Position numbers and translations under genes: made by a program | Notes under the pieces: generated by a model | The model's database searches: none | Told to the model about the DNA's origin: nothing | Seen by the model: the letters and a program-made list of their open reading frames with translations, nothing else | Shown here: positions 1-3,340 of the stretch, in pieces | How the letters are laid out: the number at the start of each line of letters is the position of its first letter | Position numbering within the stretch: the first letter of the stretch is position 1 | Source of the DNA: an uncultured virus (IMG/VR IMGVR_UViG_2061766007_004262) | Taxonomy: Duplodnaviria; Heunggongvirae; Uroviricota; Caudoviricetes | Strand: one strand, 5' to 3' | DNA length: 3,340 nt | Virus record (IMG/VR): IMGVR_UViG_2061766007_004262

Positions 1-312
1 TCAGAACATCTTCTCCGGGTCGCGGTACGGGTAAAGCAAACTGTCGAACGCCATTCGCATGGCCTTGTAGGTAGTCATATCCGGGATGTCCCTGTTTTCA
101 TAGTAGAACCCCACAAACAAAAGCAGTGCCAGCCGTACCGGCTCCGGCGCGTCGATCTCCTCGCCGTCCCCGTTCAGGTACGGTTCAAAGGACACCCGGC
201 AGTAGTCCTCGGCAGCGGCCTGCGCCTGGAGGATGAGCCCGGTCAGGTACTCATCCTCCTCGTCGTGTTCTATGCGCAGGTGCGTTTTGGCCTCGGCAAG
301 GGAAATGATCAT
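1..312 (-). CDS. Phage head-tail connector protein (HK97 gp6 / SPP1 gp15-like), 103 aa
   Basis: N-terminal 'ISLAEAKTHLRIEHDEEDEYLTGLILQAQAAAEDYC' and C-terminal 'PEPVRLALLLFVGFYYENR...SLLYPYR' match the gp6-like connector pattern. Size and position downstream of the capsid gene also fit. The ATG overlaps the upstream stop (TGATG). Confidence 0.93.
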   Translation of the reverse strand: MIISLAEAKTHLRIEHDEEDEYLTGLILQAQAAAEDYCRVSFEPYLNGDGEEIDAPEPVRLALLLFVGFYYENRDIPDMTTYKAMRMAFDSLLYPYRDPEKMF

Positions 313-743
313 CAGGTACCGCCGCCTTCACCCNNNNNNNNNNNNNNNNNNNNNNNNNNNNNNNNNNNNNNNNNNNNNNNNNNNNNNNNNNNNNNNNNNN
401 NNNNNNNNNNNNNNNNNNNNNNNNNNNNNNNNNNNNNNNNNNNNNNNNNNNNNNNNNNNNNNNNNNNNNNNNNNNNNNNNNNNNNNNNNNNNNNNNNNNN
501 NNNNNNNNNNNNNNNNNNNNNNNNNNNNNNNNNNNNNNNNNNNNNNNNNNNNNNNNNNNNNNNNNNNNNNNNNNNNNNNNNNNNNNNNNNNNNNNNNNNN
601 NNNNNNNNNNNNNNNNNNNNNNNNNNNNNNNNNNNNNNNNNNNNNNNNNNNNNNNNNNNNNNNNNNNNNNNNNNNNNNNNNNNNNNNNNNNNNNNNNNNN
701 NNTCATGTGCGGCATAGTTCTTGGTAACATGTGTATTGGGCAT
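312..743 (-). CDS. Probable head fiber / capsid decoration protein; only the termini are sequenced (interior is N gap 334-702)
   Basis: ATG at 743 with an AAAGGA RBS 7 nt upstream. The N-terminus MPNTHVTKNYAAH(D/E) resembles, from recall, the 'N-T-K-N-Y' start of head-fiber-annotated proteins found between capsid and connector genes in Firmicute prophages. The far side reads GEGGGT-TGA overlapping the connector ATG. One gene across the gap is assumed, not shown. Confidence 0.5.
   Translation of the reverse strand: MPNTHVTKNYAAHXXXXXXXXXXXXXXXXXXXXXXXXXXXXXXXXXXXXXXXXXXXXXXXXXXXXXXXXXXXXXXXXXXXXXXXXXXXXXXXXXXXXXXXXXXXXXXXXXXXXXXXXXXXXXXXXXXXXXXXXXXXXGEGGGT
334..702. other. Assembly gap, 369 N
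   Basis: Run of N in the sequence. Confidence 0.99.
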
Positions 744-750
744 TTCTTTT

Positions 751-756
751 TCCTTT
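751..756 (-). promoter_or_regulatory. Shine-Dalgarno site for the 743-312 gene
   Basis: The minus strand reads AAAGGA-AAAAGAA-ATG (7-nt spacer). Confidence 0.7.
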
Positions 757-758
757 CC

Positions 759-789
759 GGCGGACCGGCCTTATGCGGACCAGCCCGCC
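759..789 (-). other. Intergenic RNA stem-loop downstream of the capsid gene
   Basis: Minus-strand GGCGGGCUGGUC-cgcauaa-GGCCGGUCCGCC forms a 12-bp stem (9 G-C, 3 G-U) with a 7-nt loop. No U-tract follows it. Confidence 0.75.
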
Positions 790-819
790 TTGCATTTCTC
801 TCTTAGCTTACAGTTGCGC

Positions 820-1362
820 TTACGCCTTCATCTGCAGTACCTTCACGGCCTCAGGCAGGATGAGGCGTCCGTCCAGGCGCTCCGTAAGCTTGAATCCCAC
901 CTGATCCGTCATGGCATACAGTTCGTTCAGGCGCTGCAGCGTGCGCCCCGCACGGTCAGCCAGCCAGTAGTAGCTGAAGTCGCCGTACAGCACCACTTTG
1001 TTGCCCGCCTCCACAAGGGGCATATAGTTCGACATATACACCCGGGTGTTCAGGATCATGTCCGGTACGCCCTCCCGGATGGAAGGCTGCCACAGATATT
1101 GTCCCTGGCCGTCTTTCAGTTTGCGCAGCGCCTTGATTGCGGCGTCGTTCATGATGAACGCGGCTTTCCGGCGGTAGCCGCTTTTCAGGCTGTGCTGCAG
1201 ATCGATCATCTCATCCGCGGTGATCGCCGTGGAGGACGCGGTAGTCACGCCTACCTGCGCGCCCAGCGTGGCGTGCAGCAGGCCGATGGGCTTGTGGGAA
1301 CCGTCGCCGGCGATGATGGCCTCCTCTTCCGCCGCGCCGGCCCTGCGCTGGAACTCGTGGGT
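820..1362 (-). CDS. HK97-family major capsid protein, C-terminal 180 aa (5'-truncated at the 10-N gap)
   Basis: Motifs 'EEEAIIAGDGSHKPIGLL', 'AAFIMND...LRKLKDGQGQYLWQPS', 'YGDFSYYWLADR', 'ELYAMTDQVGFKLTERLDGRLILPEAVKVLQMKA*'. The track's start at 1413 lies beyond the gap and is spurious. Confidence 0.95.
   Translation of the reverse strand, partial: THEFQRRAGAAEEEAIIAGDGSHKPIGLLHATLGAQVGVTTASSTAITADEMIDLQHSLKSGYRRKAAFIMNDAAIKALRKLKDGQGQYLWQPSIREGVPDMILNTRVYMSNYMPLVEAGNKVVLYGDFSYYWLADRAGRTLQRLNELYAMTDQVGFKLTERLDGRLILPEAVKVLQMKA
1313..1362. repeat. 50-bp exact inverted repeat, copy 1 (partner at 3291-3340)
   Basis: Its reverse complement is ACCCACGAGTTCCAGCGCAGGGCCGGCGCGGCGGAAGAGGAGGCCATCAT, identical to 3291-3340. 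It abuts the N gap. Confidence 0.97.
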
Positions 1363-1372
1363 NNNNNNNNNN
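1363..1372. other. Assembly gap, 10 N (probably a placeholder length) at the strand switch
   Basis: Run of N flanked by two 5'-truncated, divergent genes. Confidence 0.97.
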
Positions 1373-1373
1373 T

Positions 1374-1763
1374 CGGGTGCCGCCGCACATGATCGGGGAC
1401 CTGGAGCATGCAAGCTTCAGCAATATCGAGCATCAGTCCATAGATTTCGCCGTGCACTGCATACGCCCCTGGCTCGTGCGCATCGAACAGTCGATCAATA
1501 AGGCGCTCTTTTCCGAAAAGGAGAAAGGCCGCTATTACTGCCAGTTCAATCTGGACGGACTCATGCGCGGGTCCTACAAGGACCGCATGGAGGGCTACGC
1601 CATCGGCAGGCAGAACGGTTTCCTGTCCGCCAACGATATCCGGCGTCTGGAGAACCAGAATCCGATCCCGGAGTCCGAGGGCGGGGACGCCTATCTGGTG
1701 AACGGGAACATGCTTCCGATCTCGTTCATACTTCAAAACCGAAGGGAAGGTGACAGCAATTGA
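1374..1763 (+). CDS. HK97-family portal protein, C-terminal ~129 aa (5'-truncated at the gap)
   Basis: 'RVPPHMIGDLEHASFSNIEHQSIDF...IRPWLVRIEQSINKAL', 'FNLDGLMRG', 'GRQNGFLSANDIRRLENQNPI...GGDAYLVNGNM' are hallmark HK97 portal C-terminal motifs. The GTG at 1377 is an internal Val, not a start. Confidence 0.95.
   Translation, partial: RVPPHMIGDLEHASFSNIEHQSIDFAVHCIRPWLVRIEQSINKALFSEKEKGRYYCQFNLDGLMRGSYKDRMEGYAIGRQNGFLSANDIRRLENQNPIPESEGGDAYLVNGNMLPISFILQNRREGDSN
1745..1753 (+). promoter_or_regulatory. Shine-Dalgarno site for the protease gene
   Basis: GGAAGGTGA lies just upstream of TTG 1760, which overlaps the portal stop (TTGA). Confidence 0.7.
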
Positions 1764-2638
1764 GGGAGATCCAACTGAACGGCTACATAGACGACGAAGT
1801 GTGGTTCGGCGACGAGATCACGCCGGACGCGCTGCACGATCTGCTGTACGCCGAGGACAAAGACCACACCGAGGATGTGCACATCCGTCTGAACTCGTTC
1901 GGCGGCTCGTGCAACGCCGCCGTACGAATGCACGACGACCTGGTGTCGTACCCAGGAAAGGTGAACATCACCGTTTCCGGCACAGCTGCCTCCGCCGCTA
2001 CGGTGCTGTGCATGGCGGCGGACAGACTGGAGATGACGCCCGGATCGCTTTGGATGATCCACGATCCGTCCATCGTCGCCATGGGCAACGTACAGGACCT
2101 GAAGGACGCGATCCGGCTTCTGGACGCGTGCAAAGAATCCATCCTGAACGTCTACGAAACCCGGATGAAGATCACCCGGGAGCAGGCGTCGAACCTGATG
2201 AGCAAAACCACCTGGATGGACGCGCAGAAAGCGCTGGAGGACGGCTTCATCGACGGCATCCTGTCGGTCCGGCAGGCAGGTCCCACCGACTGCGTCGTGT
2301 CCCGGGCCGACGCCGAGAAGAAAGTCGCGGCATGGCTGGAAAGGCACAAGATCTGCGCGTCGGCTGTCATGGAGCGCGTGAGCATAAAGTCCGGAATCCT
2401 GCAGGAAGCGGAATCCACTCCGGACCATCCAAAAGAAAAACAGGACGCCGCTGAACCGACTGTCAATGAACCGGCAGACAATGAAACTGTCGACCATGAA
2501 CCGACTGCAGAGGAACTACCCGATCCCAAACAACCAGACCCCAACGGCCACGGTACCCCAATCAGTCAGCTGCAGAAGCGGCTGGCCTTAATTATGCCCA
2601 TTGAGGCAAAGAACAGAGGAGAAGAATCACATGAGTAA
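1760..2638 (+). CDS. ClpP-like (peptidase S14) phage head maturation protease with a long acidic/Pro-rich C-terminal extension, 292 aa
   Basis: ClpP motifs 'IRLNSFGG', 'GTAASAAT' (Ser78), 'WMIHDPS' (His101) and 'TWMDAQKALEDGFID'. It lies between the portal and capsid genes and has a TTG start with an RBS. Confidence 0.93.
   Translation: MREIQLNGYIDDEVWFGDEITPDALHDLLYAEDKDHTEDVHIRLNSFGGSCNAAVRMHDDLVSYPGKVNITVSGTAASAATVLCMAADRLEMTPGSLWMIHDPSIVAMGNVQDLKDAIRLLDACKESILNVYETRMKITREQASNLMSKTTWMDAQKALEDGFIDGILSVRQAGPTDCVVSRADAEKKVAAWLERHKICASAVMERVSIKSGILQEAESTPDHPKEKQDAAEPTVNEPADNETVDHEPTAEELPDPKQPDPNGHGTPISQLQKRLALIMPIEAKNRGEESHE
2453..2542 (+). repeat. Degenerate 15-bp tandem repeat, 6 units, in frame in the protease tail
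   Basis: gaaccgactgtcaat / gaaccggcagacaat / gaaactgtcgaccat / gaaccgactgcagag / gaactacccgatccc / aaacaaccagacccc, encoding EPTVN EPADN ETVDH EPTAE ELPDP KQPDP. Confidence 0.7.
2617..2621 (+). promoter_or_regulatory. Shine-Dalgarno site for the major capsid gene
   Basis: AGGAG lies 9 nt upstream of ATG 2631, inside the 3' end of the protease gene. Confidence 0.75.
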
Positions 2639-3340
2639 GATCCAGGACATGAGAATCAGGCGCGGAGAGATCTGGGACCAGGCGAAAGCCTTCCTGGACG
2701 CGCACCAGGACGAGAACGGCGTCATGAGCGCCGAAGACACTCAGACCTATGAAAAGATGGAGCAGGACGTGGTGGATCTCGGCCACGCCATAGACCGGCT
2801 GGAGCGCGCGGAACAGATGGACCGGGAAATGAATACCGATCCCGTCGCACCCGCGCTCACGGGGCGTCCCGAGAAGCCGGACAGGAATGATACCCGGCGC
2901 GGCATCGCCAGTGAATCCTACAAGAAAGCGTTCTGGGACCAGCTCCGGGGGCGCACGTCCTACGAGATCCGGGACGCCCTGCAGGTAGGTGAGCTCACCG
3001 AAGGCGGCTATACCGTGCCGGATGAGTTCGAGCACCAGCTGGTGGAAGCGCTGCAGGAAGAGAACATCATGCGCGGGCTGGTGCACGTGATCACCACGGC
3101 GTCCGGCGACCGGAAGATCCCTCTGGTGACTAATTACGGCAACGCCAGCTGGGTCGAAGAGGAGAATCCGATCCCCGAGACGGATGTGGCTTTCGGACAG
3201 GTCTCCCTGGGCGCGCACAAGCTGGCTACCGCCATCCGCATCAGCCAGGAACTGCTGCAGGACTCCGCCTTCGACATGGCGTCGTTCATTACCCACGAGT
3301 TCCAGCGCAGGGCCGGCGCGGCGGAAGAGGAGGCCATCAT
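2631..3340 (+). CDS. HK97-family major capsid protein, N-terminal 236 aa (runs off the window end; missing from the ORF track)
   Basis: Manual translation is open throughout: MSKIQDMRIRRGEIWDQAKAFLDAHQDENGVMSAEDTQTYEKMEQDVVDLGHAIDRLERAEQMDREM...SYKKAFWDQLRG...IRDALQVGELTEGGYTVPDEFEHQLVEALQEENIMR...ASWVEEE...LGAHKLATAIRISQELLQDSAFDMASFITHEFQRRAGAAEEEAI. It has an RBS and overlaps the protease gene by 8 bp. Confidence 0.96.
   Translation, partial: MSKIQDMRIRRGEIWDQAKAFLDAHQDENGVMSAEDTQTYEKMEQDVVDLGHAIDRLERAEQMDREMNTDPVAPALTGRPEKPDRNDTRRGIASESYKKAFWDQLRGRTSYEIRDALQVGELTEGGYTVPDEFEHQLVEALQEENIMRGLVHVITTASGDRKIPLVTNYGNASWVEEENPIPETDVAFGQVSLGAHKLATAIRISQELLQDSAFDMASFITHEFQRRAGAAEEEAI
3291..3340. 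repeat. 50-bp exact inverted repeat, copy 2 (partner at 1313-1362)
   Basis: Exact reverse complement of 1313-1362. Both copies encode THEFQRRAGAAEEEAI in the capsid frame. Confidence 0.97.

Larger units (their letters stand above)
1..3340. mobile_element. Fragment of a tailed phage / prophage (head module)
   Basis: All recognisable genes are virion head genes. No host genes, integrase or att sites are present, so prophage versus free phage cannot be decided. Confidence 0.9.

Noticed and set aside
233..730. ORFs 233..727 (+), 251..730 (-) and 265..717 (+)
   Set aside because: They are open only because the N run contains no stops. They overlap the connector gene and lack recognisable motifs.
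759..800. Rho-independent terminator call for the hairpin
   Set aside because: There is no U-tract on the coding strand. On the + strand the stem has three A-C mismatches and only a broken U-rich tail.
743..830. Programmed frameshift or readthrough fusing the capsid to the head-fiber gene
   Set aside because: The capsid TAA is followed by a second in-frame TAA four codons later. The fiber reading frame has a TAA in the hairpin loop before its ATG. No clear slippery site is present.
1363..1413. Divergent promoter or real start codons at 1377 (+) and 1413 (-)
   Set aside because: Both flanking genes are truncated mid-domain at the N gap, so the starts are ORF-caller artefacts.
721..1736. ORFs 721..1392 (+), 1211..1423 (-), 1220..1501 (+) and 1251..1736 (-)
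   Set aside because: Shadow or antisense frames of the GC-rich capsid and portal genes. All cross the 10-N junction and are chimeric.
2453..2542. CRISPR-like array or DGR repeat
   Set aside because: The units are 15 bp, degenerate, unspaced and in frame. There is no template/variable repeat pair or reverse transcriptase in the window.
1733..3340. ORFs 1733..2497 (-), 1750..2454 (+), 1783..2142 (-), 2152..2544 (-), 2592..3296 (-) and 3134..3340 (-)
   Set aside because: Alternative-frame or antisense ORFs over the well-supported protease and capsid genes, as expected from high-GC codon bias. No protein-like motifs.
1313..3340. The 50-bp inverted repeats as transposon/IS terminal repeats
   Set aside because: The repeat is ordinary in-frame capsid coding sequence, and the enclosed DNA has no transposase or recombinase.

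Overview
The window is a fragmentary head-morphogenesis module of an HK97-type tailed (pro)phage, GC-rich and probably from a Clostridia-like Firmicute (host is inference). It is a scaffold of three pieces separated by N gaps (334-702, 369 N; 1363-1372, 10 N). The + strand carries the portal C-terminus (1374-1763), a ClpP-type head maturation protease (1760-2638) and the 5' part of the major capsid gene (2631 to >3340, absent from the ORF track). The - strand carries the 3' part of a major capsid gene (1362-820), a probable head-fiber/decoration gene spanning the large gap (743-312) and a gp6-like head-tail connector (312-1). The last 50 bases (3291-3340) are the exact reverse complement of 1313-1362. 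Flipping the left block therefore gives one intact 400-aa capsid gene and the canonical order portal-protease-capsid-fiber-connector. This is most likely a scaffolding misorientation rather than a biological inversion. I found no convincing novel system. The best leads are the split capsid gene, an apparent loss of the catalytic acid in the protease, a pentapeptide repeat in the protease tail, a strand-specific hairpin after the capsid gene, and the unassembled interior of the head-fiber gene.
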